Under the pieces are notes generated by a model. The model searched no databases, was not told where the DNA came from, and saw nothing but the letters and a program-made list of their open reading frames with translations. A stretch of 64,000 nt of DNA, taken from NCBI RefSeq assembly GCF_003918875.1, contig NW_025767460.1, positions 186,001-250,000 on the forward strand. The letters are read 5' to 3'. Position numbers and translations under genes: made by a program. This document shows positions 51,120-62,276 of this stretch, piece after piece. Origin of the DNA: Haliotis rubra. Its lineage: Eukaryota. Within the stretch, counting starts at the first letter, position 1. Each line of letters opens with the position of its first letter.

Positions 51120-51302
51120 CTGAAATCAGGAGGACAACATCTCTGTGGTCCAACACCCAGCAAAACACGCTTTGGCGACCGCAGCTTCTCCAGAGCAGCC
51201 CCTGTTCTCTGGAACAGCCTTCCACAGGAGATCAGATCCATCACAGAACTCACGACTTTTCAGTCAAAGTTGAAAGCCTACTTTTCACTGAAACATATTG
51301 TT
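51120..51302 (+). mobile_element. 3' fragment of a CR1/L2-group LINE reverse transcriptase ORF
   Basis: Translates ..KTRFGDRSFSRAAPVLWNSLPQEIRSITELTTFQSKLKAYF, the characteristic CR1/L2 ORF2 C-terminus. Confidence 0.8.
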
Positions 51303-52634
51303 AAAGTACTGTCGGAAATAGAAAAAAGCCGTTTTTCACATTCATATATACAATTTATGTCGTTAATATGTGAAAGTGTAAAATATATGTTAAACTAAGT
51401 ACGGCCTAGCTACAGTCTTAGTGGTAGGGAGATAGGAAACGTAAAAAGGACTTTTCTGAGGAGAGATTAGTGCAGAAATGAGCAATGCTTTTATTTTGTA
51501 GGTCCAAAACAGACCACATGATGTACTGAGTTCTCGTCACGTCATCTGACGGAGGGCTGCAGAGACCATGTCTTTATGCACATTAGTGTGGGAGGATATT
51601 GTATTACAAAGGACACTTTTTAAATGCCCATTTTGACATTAGACTTAGCTTCATTATAAACGATAGCTGACGTACAAAATAATACTTTTAATGCTGAAAC
51701 TATTAAGTATGTAGCTATAATGGAGTCTCACCAAAGCTATTTGCAGTTTTGTGCAGGCTCCAAAAAGCGCTTCTGAGCTGAACTGGATATTAGCGCTATA
51801 GAAACATCTACTTATTATCATCGTTAGTAATATCAATTGCACTTGACTTATTCAGTAGTTTGGGATATTTTTGAAACCTCTAAATGTCGGTTCATGGAGA
51901 CTGTTCAGTTTCTAAACAGTATGTGAATACAACGACTTTTAATGGTGTTTGGATTGTGTGGCAGCATTTACAACCTGCACACATGTGGCGGGTAGTGTAT
52001 CGACGTACACGGGCATTGACATCGGTGACACCTACTGTAGAGATCACTTTATGATGTTACTTCAACTCGGGGTCAAACTGTAAGAAATGTCCCTTATCAA
52101 TACAATTTGGTAATACTTGGCTCGGACATGAAACAAGCAATTGAAACAATATCTAATATTACTTAAGCAAAGGGTAGCTGATAATCTAATTTGTTAAGGA
52201 TTCATCAAAACGTGCACTATATAATAAACCACGTAGCACCATGTTAACAATGTTGAATATATACAGAATTTATGTTGTTATATTCCAATACTTAAAAGAT
52301 TAGTGCTTTTAAGAGTTAGTTGCATTAATTTCAAAACAATATTGAAATCGGTGGATCTCCAGAAATAGCCCCCATTTTGTCCTGAAAACTTATTAAATGA
52401 CCATTGAAACGCTGTGAACTGTGAACACCCCCACTCCCTCCCCTTTCTCCGCTGTATCCGCCCCTGCAAGATATATTGATTATATTCAACATTTTAATCT
52501 CATACATATCTCATAAACACAGTATCACTCTATCTTGAATTACAGAATTATTAAGGCCAGAAATACCTGATATCATGTACAATATTCATTGGTGATCAAT
52601 GGTTATCCCTGCATATATATGCAAACATATGTGT

Positions 52635-54942
52635 GAATCTGCCCTGAACAATCTCTGTTTCATCGGTATGGTCAACAATCTGTCCTGAATAATCTCTGTT
52701 TGATCGGTATGGTCAACAATCTGCCCTGAACAATGTCTGTTTGATCGGTATAGTCAACAATCCGCCCTGAACAATCTCTGCTTGATCGGTATAGTCAACA
52801 ATCTGCCCTGAATAATCTCTGTTTGATCGGTATGGTCAACAATGTGCCCTGAACAATCTCTGCTTGATCGGTATGGTCAACAATCTGCCTTGAACAATCT
52901 CTGTTTGATCGGTATAGTCAACAATCTGCCCTGAACAATCTTCTTTGATCGGTATGGTCAACAATCTGTCCTGAACAATCTCTGTTTGATCGGTATGGTC
53001 AACAATCTGCCCTGAATAATGTCTGTTTGATCGGTATAGTCAACAATCTGCCCTGAACAATCTCTGTTTGATCGGTATAGTCAACAATCTGCCCTGAACA
53101 ATCTCTGTTTGATCGGTATGGTCAACAATCCGCCCTGAACAATCTCTGCTTGATCGGTATAGTCAACAATCTGCCCTGAACAATCTCTGTTTGATCGGTA
53201 TAGTCAACAATCTGCCCTGAACAATCTCTGTTTGATTGGTATGGTCAACAATCTGCCCTTAACAATCTTCTTTGATCGGTATGGTCAACAATCTGCCCTG
53301 AACAATCTCTGTTTGATTGGTATGGTCAACAATCTGCCCTGAACAATCTTCTTTGATCGGTATGGTCAACAATCTGCCCTGAACAATGTCTGTTTGATCG
53401 GTATAGTCAACAATCTGCCCTGAACAATCTCTGTTTGATCGGTATAGTCAACAATCTGCCCTGAACAATCTCTGTTTGATTGGTATGGTAAACAATCTGT
53501 CCTGAACAATCTTCTTTGATCGGTATGGTCAACAATCTGTCCTGAACAATCTCTGTTTGATCGGTACAGTCAACAATCTGCCCTGAAGAATGTCTGTTTG
53601 ATCGGTATGGTCAACAATCTGCCCTGAACAATCTCTGTTTGATCGGTTTAGTCAACAATCCGCCCTGAACAATCTCTGCTTGATCGGTATAGTCAACAAT
53701 CTGCCCTGAACAATCTCTGTTTGATTGGTATGGTCAACAATCTGCCCTGAACAATCTCTGTTTGATCGGTATGGTCAACAATCTGCCCTGAACAATCTCT
53801 GTTTGATCGGTATAGTCAACAATCTGTCCTGAACAATCTCTGCTTGATCGGTATGGTCAACAATCTGTTTTGAACAATCTCTGTTTGATTGGTATGGTCA
53901 ACAATCTGTCCTGAACAATCTCTGTTTGATCGGTATGGTCAACAATCTGTCCTGAACAATCTCTGTTTGATCGGTATGGTCAACAATCTGCCCTGAACAA
54001 TCTCTGTTTGATCGGTATGGTCAACAATCTGCCCTGAACAATCTCTGTTTGATCGGTATGGTCAACAATCTGCCCTGAACAATCTCTGTTTGAACAATCT
54101 GCCCTGAACAATCTCTGTTTGATCGGTATGGTCAACAATCTGCCCTGAACAATCTCTGTTTGATCGGTATGGTCAACAATCTGCCCTGAACAATCTCTGT
54201 TTGATCGGTATGGTCAACAATCTGTCCTGAACAATCTGTCCTCTGTTTGATCTGTTTGATCGGTATGGTCAACAATCTGCCCTGAACAATCTCTTGATCG
54301 GTATGGTCAACAATCTGTTTGATCGGTATGGTCAACAATCTGCCCTGAACAATCTCTGTTTGATCGGTACAGTCAACAATCTGCCCTGAACAATCTCTGT
54401 TTGATCGGTACAGTCAACAATCTGCCCTGAACAATCTCTGTTTGATCGGTACAGTCAACAATCTGCCCTGAACAATCTCTGTTTGATCGGTATGGTCAAC
54501 AATCCGCCCTGAACAATCTCTGTTTGATCGGTATGGTCAACAATCTGCCCTGAACAATCTCTGTTTGATCGGTATGGTCAACAATCTGTCCTGAACAGTC
54601 TCTGTTTGATCGGTACAGTTAACAGTCTGCCTCGAACAATCTCTGTTTGATCGGTACAGGCAACAATCTGCCCCGAACAATCTCTATATGATCGGCACAG
54701 TCAGCAATCTGTTTAGAACAACCTCTGTTTGATCGGTATAGTCAACAATAGCTGTTTTGAATAATCTTTGTTTAATCTTCCCCGAACATTCTCTGTTTGA
54801 TCGGTATAGTCAACAATCTGTTTTGAAAATCTTTGTTTAAACTTCCCCGAACAATCTCTGTTTGATCGATGTAGTCAACAATCTGTTTTGAACAATCTCT
54901 GTTTGATCGGTACAGTCAACAATCTGCCCTGACCAATCTCTA
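52635..54942. repeat. Minisatellite, 41-bp unit CAACAATCTGCCCTGAACAATCTCTGTTTGATCGGTATGGT
   Basis: About 56 units. Confidence 0.97.
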
Positions 54943-55247
54943 GGTGAACTACATGGTGCTGATGTATCAAAGGTTCCCTTATCATATCAGGTGTACTTGT
55001 GAAGAATGCACTCTCGTGAACCCGTCGCCCCTGCCCCACACATTATGACCCTCAAGGAATAATGCTGTAATATCGCCCTCTCGATCGTCCGTCGCGGCAA
55101 TTGTAAATCCCACGTTAGGAGCACCCTTGAAGGCGGTATCTCCTTACCTTCTACACTTACATGGCTGTAAAATTATTATTTGGGTGATAAGAGCACCGTT
55201 TCATATATGACATTTGTCGTAAATACCTTCTCCGCTCGAGTGTTTAG

Positions 55248-55706
55248 GTACCTCCACGTTAGGTATTGACATCCCGATAATGTCATTGCATCACCGAGTA
55301 CCTCCATGTCAGGTATTGATACCCCAATAATGGCATTGCATCACTGAGTACCTCCATGTCAGGTACTGATACCCCGATACTGGCAGTGCACCTCTGAGTA
55401 CCTCCACGTCAGGAATCGATACCCCGATAATGGCAGCGCATCACCGAGTACATCCATGCCAGGTATCGATACCCCGATAATGGCATTGCATCACCGAGTA
55501 CCTCCGTGTCATGTAATGGTACCCCGCTAATGGCAGCACATCCCCGAGTACCTCCATGTCAGGTATTGATACCCCAATAATGGCATTGCACCTCTGAGTA
55601 CCTCCACGTCAGGTATCGATACCCCGATAATGGCAGCGCATCACCGAGTACCTCCATGTCAGGTATTGATATTGCGATAATGTCAGTGCCACGTCAGGTA
55701 TTGATT
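55248..55706. repeat. Minisatellite, 50-bp unit GAGTACCTCCATGTCAGGTATTGATACCCCGATAATGGCATTGCATCACC
   Basis: About 9 diverged units. Confidence 0.92.
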
Positions 55707-55896
55707 ATCCACTAGTAGCAGTGTGCCACTCACACGACCTAGCCTTGTACCGCTCACATTCACTGGGACTGTCGCCTGGAACAACATTGAATAATGTATA
55801 TGATATTGATGCGATGTAGTTCTATTGGTTTATTTTAAAATGTAATTGACGAAACCCGACTAATTCTGTGAATTAATTATGTTTGATTGAAAAACA

Positions 55897-56310
55897 TAAG
55901 ATAAGATAAGATATTTATTGTTTAGCATTACATGAAGGAACCGTGACAATATTTTATAATCGACGACAAGATACAGAAATACACAGATACACACACATTA
56001 TGTACATAAGAACAATTTCACATGGAAAAACATATGTAGTATAATAACATGGAAACAATACGAAGAGTGGGGATAATATGGAAATACACAAAATGTGTTT
56101 ATAATTGTAAATACAATAATAGGTCAAATACGAACAAAATGTGTTTAAACAAATGAAGGGGTGACAACCATTATTGGCATGAGTATATGATGACATATCT
56201 GGACATCTGTTTGTAAACATTGTTAAGAGTTGTTCATTTTTACAGAGAGTAGTAAATTGTGGATCATGCTTGTAGTAAATTATGGATTGTTTGTAGAAAT
56301 GATTCATATA
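55897..56310 (-). mobile_element. Probable retroposon 3' end
   Basis: The minus strand shows a T-rich UTR-like tract ending in AATAAA followed by a (CTTAT)3 tail. Confidence 0.4.
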
Positions 56311-56927
56311 TTCTAATCATTACATACTGTGGACTGAATTTGACGGTATCGCTGATACGACAATATGACGAGTGATTGTAAAATCCGTGAATACACACAG
56401 AATCTACTCATCATTTTTCGCACATGTAGACAGTTAAAGCAAACAACAGGGTACGAAACAATGATGTCCCATTTGGTTGAAAAGTAACAGGAAAATAGAC
56501 TTTGTAATCTCAATATGAATCTGAGATGTGGGTCGGATTGTGAGAGCCATGACACCAACCTGATGGCCCGCCAAACACGTCGCTTCGCCCTCTCTACAGC
56601 CCTCCGTCAGATGACGTGACGAGAACTCAGTACATCACGTGGTTCACGTCGAGGCAGTAGTCGGGGCGTGACGGGTCAACTAATTACACGCCATATTTTT
56701 CACTCCATCGGTTTGGTATGTAGCTTGGCCACTTTCGTCCAGTTGATGCACGGTGGAGAAACGCCATACCATAGCCCTACATTCCTTATCTTGCACTAAC
56801 CAACACTGTCGTAAACGTATGTCCATTAAGGGAGTCCAAATGACAGAGTAATGTTACTTTAGTATCAAACATTACAACGAATTACAACTACCATCGTATC
56901 TCCCTGTTTGTATGTAGAACCGTGGCG

Positions 56928-57069
56928 ATGAACCATCCCCATTTGGCAGCAGCTGTCAGTCTGTCTGCGATGTTTCTCCTGACACAGTATCAAGACGCTG
57001 TTCATTATCTGATTAAACGGCGGACATTCTTGAAAGAGCATGTTCCTTTCAAGCGAGCTATGCTGAATG
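56928..57069 (+). CDS. Possible short third N-terminal exon (C) for the FReD gene
   Basis: Acceptor CTCCCTGTTTGTATGTAG| at 56917, ATG at 56928, MNHPHLAAAVSLSAMFLLTQYQDA... (weakly signal-like), and phase-1 donor AAT G|GTATCG. It lacks the PR ending and any coiled coil, so support is weak. Confidence 0.2.
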
Positions 57070-57298
57070 GTATCGTGGTGCGGCTGTGTCCTATCACAAC
57101 ATCTCGTTACTGGGAAGTTCCACCACACTGGCTGCCGGTCTACGTTATCTAATATATGTTGTATACTTCTGGGCTTTTCAAAAATACATCGCAAACATGA
57201 TCTTAAACCAGCGAGGAATGTGAGCGATCGAGTCGCAAAACAGTGAAGGGGAGGTAACTCTTGTAAAGAGTGCTGATACAGGGTTCCGTGAAAGATTT

Positions 57299-57600
57299 GC
57301 TTGGTTGGCTTATTCAACGTAGTCTGTCTCACAGTCCCTGAACCACATTAATTCCCCTACTGCCAAGCCCTCTCTGGTGCTCTAAAGCAAGTCTAGATTT
57401 CCTCAGAGATTCCCTGCTCCTTTTCAATATAAATGGGCTTGTTTGTTACTATCAAAATTATATATATTCAGAGACTAAGCATTAGTCTATATTCAACGCT
57501 GCACTCAGCAATATTCCAGCTATATGGCGGCGGTCTTGACATAATCGAGTCTGGAGCAGACAATCCAGTGATCAACAGCATAAGCATCGACCTACGCAAT
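57299..57600 (-). mobile_element. SINE-like repeat (second family), interrupted by the TAG..CTA element
   Basis: The reverse strand reads ..GATGCTTATGCTGTTGATCACTGGATTGTCTG..CCGCCGCCATATAGCTGGAATATTGCTGAGTGCAGCGTTGAA, sharing the 3' core with the 34103 SINE. Related forward fragments lie near 6110-6245 and 8010-8060. Confidence 0.65.
57320..57489 (+). mobile_element. Non-autonomous DNA element with TAG..CTA termini and 9-bp TSD (Academ/AcademH-like)
   Basis: Starts TAGTCTG and ends TAGTCTA. TATTCAACG is duplicated at 57311-57319 and 57490-57498. It is homologous to 23804-23993. Confidence 0.75.
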
Positions 57601-58014
57601 GTTCTGTAAAAGAGGCGCAGAGTGATAGCTGTTGTTGTTGAGTTAGATGCTTTGGAGGACGCCTTCGCCGGTTGGCATGTCGGCAGACCTATATGTGATA
57701 GCTTTGTGCACTGGTTTTAGTAGCTGTAGGATATGTATTTCACTATTTATGAGTACTTCACTATACAAAAGCACGTAGTTGATGACAGCTCATCTTTAAT
57801 TGGTGACCGAATGAAGATGATATCCGTTGGCGCGCAAGCGTGAGGATGTCGTATATGAAGTATTCCAAGAAACCTGCTTAAACTTAAACTAAAAATTAAA
57901 TTGTTGTAAAGATAAATGTGTACGGTGTCGAGTTGACAGTGCATCACGTGTAATGCTTATCGAAATGAGACTTATTTGACTATCCGTATGAAACTTTAGT
58001 GCGCATGCTTACTA

Positions 58015-58220
58015 ATCGTAGTACATGTTGGTGTGTTGGTACGGAACAGGTCGACTTGTAGTAGATGTAGTGTTGCTGGGGAACACGTCGACTTGTCGGA
58101 GTAGATGTTGGTGTGTTGGTAAGGAACAGGTCGACTTGTCATAGTAAATGTTGGTGTTGCTAGGGAAAACGTCGAGTTGTAGATGTTGTTGTGTTGGTAG
58201 CGAACATGTGGACTTGCCGT
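58015..58220. repeat. Old degenerate tandem repeat (~40 bp) just upstream of FReD exon 1
   Basis: GTAGATGTTGGTGTGTTGGTA..GAACA.GTCGACTT recurs about 5 times. Confidence 0.7.
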
Positions 58221-58281
58221 GTTTTTAACGTGTATGGTGGGAGTGTAGCTGAATCTCATGGCTTCATAACGTTGGTTACAG

Positions 58282-58401
58282 ACTGTCACGAGGTATACCT
58301 GCAAGGAGGGCTCAAGTTTGAAGGGGACTACCAGATACTCATCAAGCCGGATGGAGCCCCTGCCCCTTTCAAGGCCGTCTGCAGGGTCTTCAACAACTGG
58401 G
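58282..58401 (+). CDS. FReD exon 1 (shared/constant), 120 bp, phase 1-1
   Basis: TTACAG|AC TGT CAC... translates (D/H)CHEVYLQGGLKFEGDYQILIKPDGAPAPFKAVCRVFNNW(G), matching the DC...GxY.I.P....F...C pattern of the fibrinogen C-terminal domain. Donor G|GTGAGT at 58402. Confidence 0.92.
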
Positions 58402-58824
58402 GTGAGTACAACGCCTTTGTCACTGTAAGCGCTCGTAAAATATATTGCGGTAGCAGCCTACACTGGTTAGCCTAGCGGAGGATCACAATTTGTATGCGGT
58501 GAGATGGGTGAAAATGTTAGACACTGGTTGTTTATTATAGGGTGTTGGGTCAGAAGGCATCGGGTGGGGAGGGTCCTATTTAGGGAGGGTAATTAAAAGA
58601 GGTCGTTTATAATGAAGCATAAAGTGCTCGGGAGGGTCATGATTTAAAATGTACAAATACCTGGGTGATGCTCATCCAAAATAAAACAAGGATAAGGACA
58701 GGAACATTATTTTCAGTTCATTAGATCCTTCCCCGTCCCTAACCCGTCCCTAACCCGACCCTAACCCGCCCCAGAATATATAGTTCCTCTCTAACCAGTC
58801 AACATAGAAAGGTCGTCCTGCAGC

Positions 58825-59745
58825 AGCCTGGTTGCCAGGTAATCACCCTGCTGAAGTAGCCTGGTTGCCAGGTTATCACCCTGCTGAAGTAGCTTGGTTG
58901 CCAGGTAATCACCCTGCTGAAGTAGCTTGTTTGCCAGGTAATCACCCTGCTGAAGTAGCTTGGTTGCCAGGTAATCACCCTGCTGAAGTAGCTTGGTTGC
59001 CAGGTAATCACCCTGCTGAAGTAGCTTGGTTGCCAGGTAATCACCCTGCTGAAGTAGCCTGGTTGCCAGGTAATCACCCTGCTGAAGTAGCCTGGTTGCC
59101 GGGTAATCACCCTGCTGAAGTAGCCTGGTTGCTGGGTAATCACCCTGCTGAAGTAGCTTGGTTGCCGGGTAATCACCCTACTAAGGAACTTGGTTGCCAG
59201 GTAATCACCCTGCTGAAGTAGCTTGGTTGCCAGGTAATCACCCTGCTGAAGTAGCCTGGTTGCCAGGTAATCACCCTGCTGAAGTAGCCTGGTTGCCAGG
59301 TAATCACCCTGCTGAAGTGGCTTGGTTGCCAGGTAATCACCCTGCTGAAGTAGCTTGGTTGCCAGGTCATCACCCTGCTGAAGTAGCTTGGTTGCCAGGT
59401 AATCACCCTGCTGAAGTAGCTTGGTTGCCAGGTAATCACCCTGCTGAAGTAGCTTGGTTGCCAGGTAATCACCCTGCTGAAGTAGCTTGGTTGCCAGGTA
59501 ATCACCCTGCTGAAGTAGCTTGGTTGCCAGGTAATCACCCTGCTGAAGTAGCCTGGTTGCCAGGTAATCACCCTGCTGAAGTAGCCTGGTTGCCAGGCAA
59601 TCAACCCTGCTGCAGTAGCCCGATTTCCGGGCAATCACCCTGCTGCAGTAGCCTGATTTCCGGGTAACTACCCTGCTGCAGTAGCCTGATTTCCGGGTAA
59701 CTACCTGCTGCAGTAGCCTGGTTGCCAGGTAACCACCCTGCTGAG
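58825..59745. repeat. Minisatellite, 33-bp unit CTGGTTGCCAGGTAATCACCCTGCTGAAGTAGC (intron between FReD exons)
   Basis: About 28 units. Confidence 0.97.
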
Positions 59746-59836
59746 TTATTTGACCTGTGTCAGTCTGGTGTTAAGCACACGTGTGCTCTCTTCATTCTTA
59801 TCGATGTGGTTGGTCATGGTGACGTGTGTGTTCCAG

Positions 59837-59974
59837 GGTGGACAGTGATCCAGCGGCGACAGGATGGGTCAGTGGACTTCTACCGGTCGTGGGCGGACTA
59901 CAAGGTCGGGTTTGGAGACAAACACAAGGAGTTTTGGCTCGGAAACGACAACCTGCATTATCTCACAACACAAG
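59837..59974 (+). CDS. FReD exon 2 (shared/constant), 138 bp, phase 1-1
   Basis: TTCCAG|GG TGG... gives [46 protein letters not shown](G), the hallmark fibrinogen/angiopoietin motif. Donor G|GTGTGT at 59975. Confidence 0.97.
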
Positions 59975-59990
59975 GTGTGTATGGACTGCA

Positions 59991-61105
59991 CTACACAACA
60001 GCTACAACACCACAAACAGCTACAACACCACACAACTACAACACCATACAACAGCTACAACACACACACAACAGCTAGAACACCACACAACAACTACAAC
60101 ACCACACAACAACTACAACACCACACAACAGCTACAACACCACACAACAGCTACAACACCACACAACAGCTACAACACCACACAACAGCTACAACACCAC
60201 ACAACAGCTACAACACCACACAACAGCTACAACACCACACTACAACACCATACAACAGCTACAACACACACAACAGCTACAACACTACACAACAACTACA
60301 ACACCACACAACAGCTACAACACCACACAACAGCTACAACACCACACAACAGCTACAACACCACACAACAACTACAACACCACACAACACCTACAACACC
60401 ACACAACAGGTACAACACCACACAACAGCTACAACACCACACAACAGCTACAACACCACACAACAGCTACAACACCACACAACAGCTACAACACCACACA
60501 ACAGCTACAACATCACACAACAGCTACAACACCACACAACAGCTACAACAACTACAACACTACACAACAGCTACAACACCACACAACAGCTACAACACCA
60601 CACAACAGCTACAACACCACACAACAGCTACAACAGCAAACAACAGCTACAACACTACACAACAGCTACAACAACACAACAACAACTACAACACACAACA
60701 ACTACAACACCACACAACAGCTACAACACCACACAACAGCTACAACACCACACAACAGCTACAACACCACACAACAGCTACAACACACAACAGCACAACA
60801 CCACACAACAGCTACAACACCACAGAACAGCTACAACACCACACAACAACTACAACACTACACAACAGCTACAACACCACACAACAACTACAACACCACA
60901 CAACAAGTACAACACCACACAACAGCTACAACACCACACAACAGCTACAACACCACACAACAGCTACAACAACTACAACACTACACAACAGCTACAACAC
61001 CACACAACAACTACAACACCATACAACACCTACAACACCACACAACAGCGACAACAATACACAACAGCTTCAACACCACACAACAACTACAACACAATTG
61101 CAACA
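59991..61105. repeat. Minisatellite, 19-bp unit CACAACAGCTACAACACCA
   Basis: CA-rich tandem array starting about 16 bp after the exon donor. Confidence 0.96.
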
Positions 61106-62276
61106 ACCAATAGAGTGTAGTGATTCAGATAGAATTAAACACAAAACATTCTGAATAGAATTACTTGTCTATGCCGAATGATTTGGAGACTGCAAGGTGT
61201 AAATCGGCAATAATGTTTCTCATCAGCGTAGTTGCTGGTTTTGTCGTGGAGTGGATGTGAAAGTTATGGATGTGAACGATAAAGAGCTGGTGCTTGACGC
61301 TATACTGAATATGAACACGCACTTTGTCATATAGTTTAATTATTATGACATTGCGAGCGTACAAGGTACATACATTACCATATATATGTACATTTACACA
61401 GTGCATTATACACGGTGTGTGTGATATTACTGACAGATAGCGAACATAACACACTTGTGTATGCCTGACAAGATATGACACGGTTAAGAAGATACTATGC
61501 CTCACTTGGCCACATATGGATGTACAGCATTATGAACAAAATACGGTATAAGTGAACACATTGTATATAGTGACTAACTGATTAGTGTAGGACGGCCAAT
61601 TTCATGTTGCTATATTATTGCAGCAGAAATGTTTTCTTAACGCTGGGTAGTTTGGTAATCCTTTGTCCTCGCGGATGGCGATATAACTTGGTAGTTATGT
61701 GAGTTACTGTACTTGTCCATTGGCTGATTACCTGATCTTGAACCAGGCAGAGATGACACAGCCGCTGCTGTTGATGTTCACGACCTACACCAAGCTAAGC
61801 TGACATTCTGATATGTAGGAGATTCCGTGAAATGTAATTGCCCAAATCACACCATACCCAATCGTGTTATTCACAACAGCTGGCGCATTACGTCGGTAGA
61901 ACGGGTATTTTTGGCATTCATTCGGTACTCATTCAGAAAGAGGTGGCACCAACTTTCCCTTGAGTTTATACCCTTGACGGGCCCAGTCTGACAAACTTAA
62001 AAGTACTGATTCCTGACCTCGTAGTCTTGGTGATAACACTCCGCTACATGACTGTTTTTATAGCTCACAGTTACATACGTCATGTGGCGTACTTTTGATA
62101 TTTGATGTTTATCTAAATACTTTGCGGCATACCTAATAGGCTGAACTTGATTCCCCCCGTCTCAGCAGCAGTTGTTGAGCGACCACGCTGTGAACACATG
62201 TGGGGATGTTGATGAACACTGGTGCAGTCATGTGTTGGTCAAGGCCAAAAGTCGGGGAATGCCCCTAGCACTGGAC

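Noticed and set aside
58725-58772. Telomere-like CCCTAACCC repeats
   Set aside because: There are only three copies within a 10-bp unit, not a (TTAGGG)n tract.
59826-61154. 442-aa and 418-aa Thr/His/Gln mucin-like ORFs overlapping FReD exon 2
   Set aside because: They are out of frame with the FReD and derive from a 19-bp CA-rich repeat downstream of the donor.
61106-62276. Search for the next FReD exon (LRIDL..D/YA.Y..F motif)
   Set aside because: No such motif was found, so the remaining exons are presumably beyond the window.
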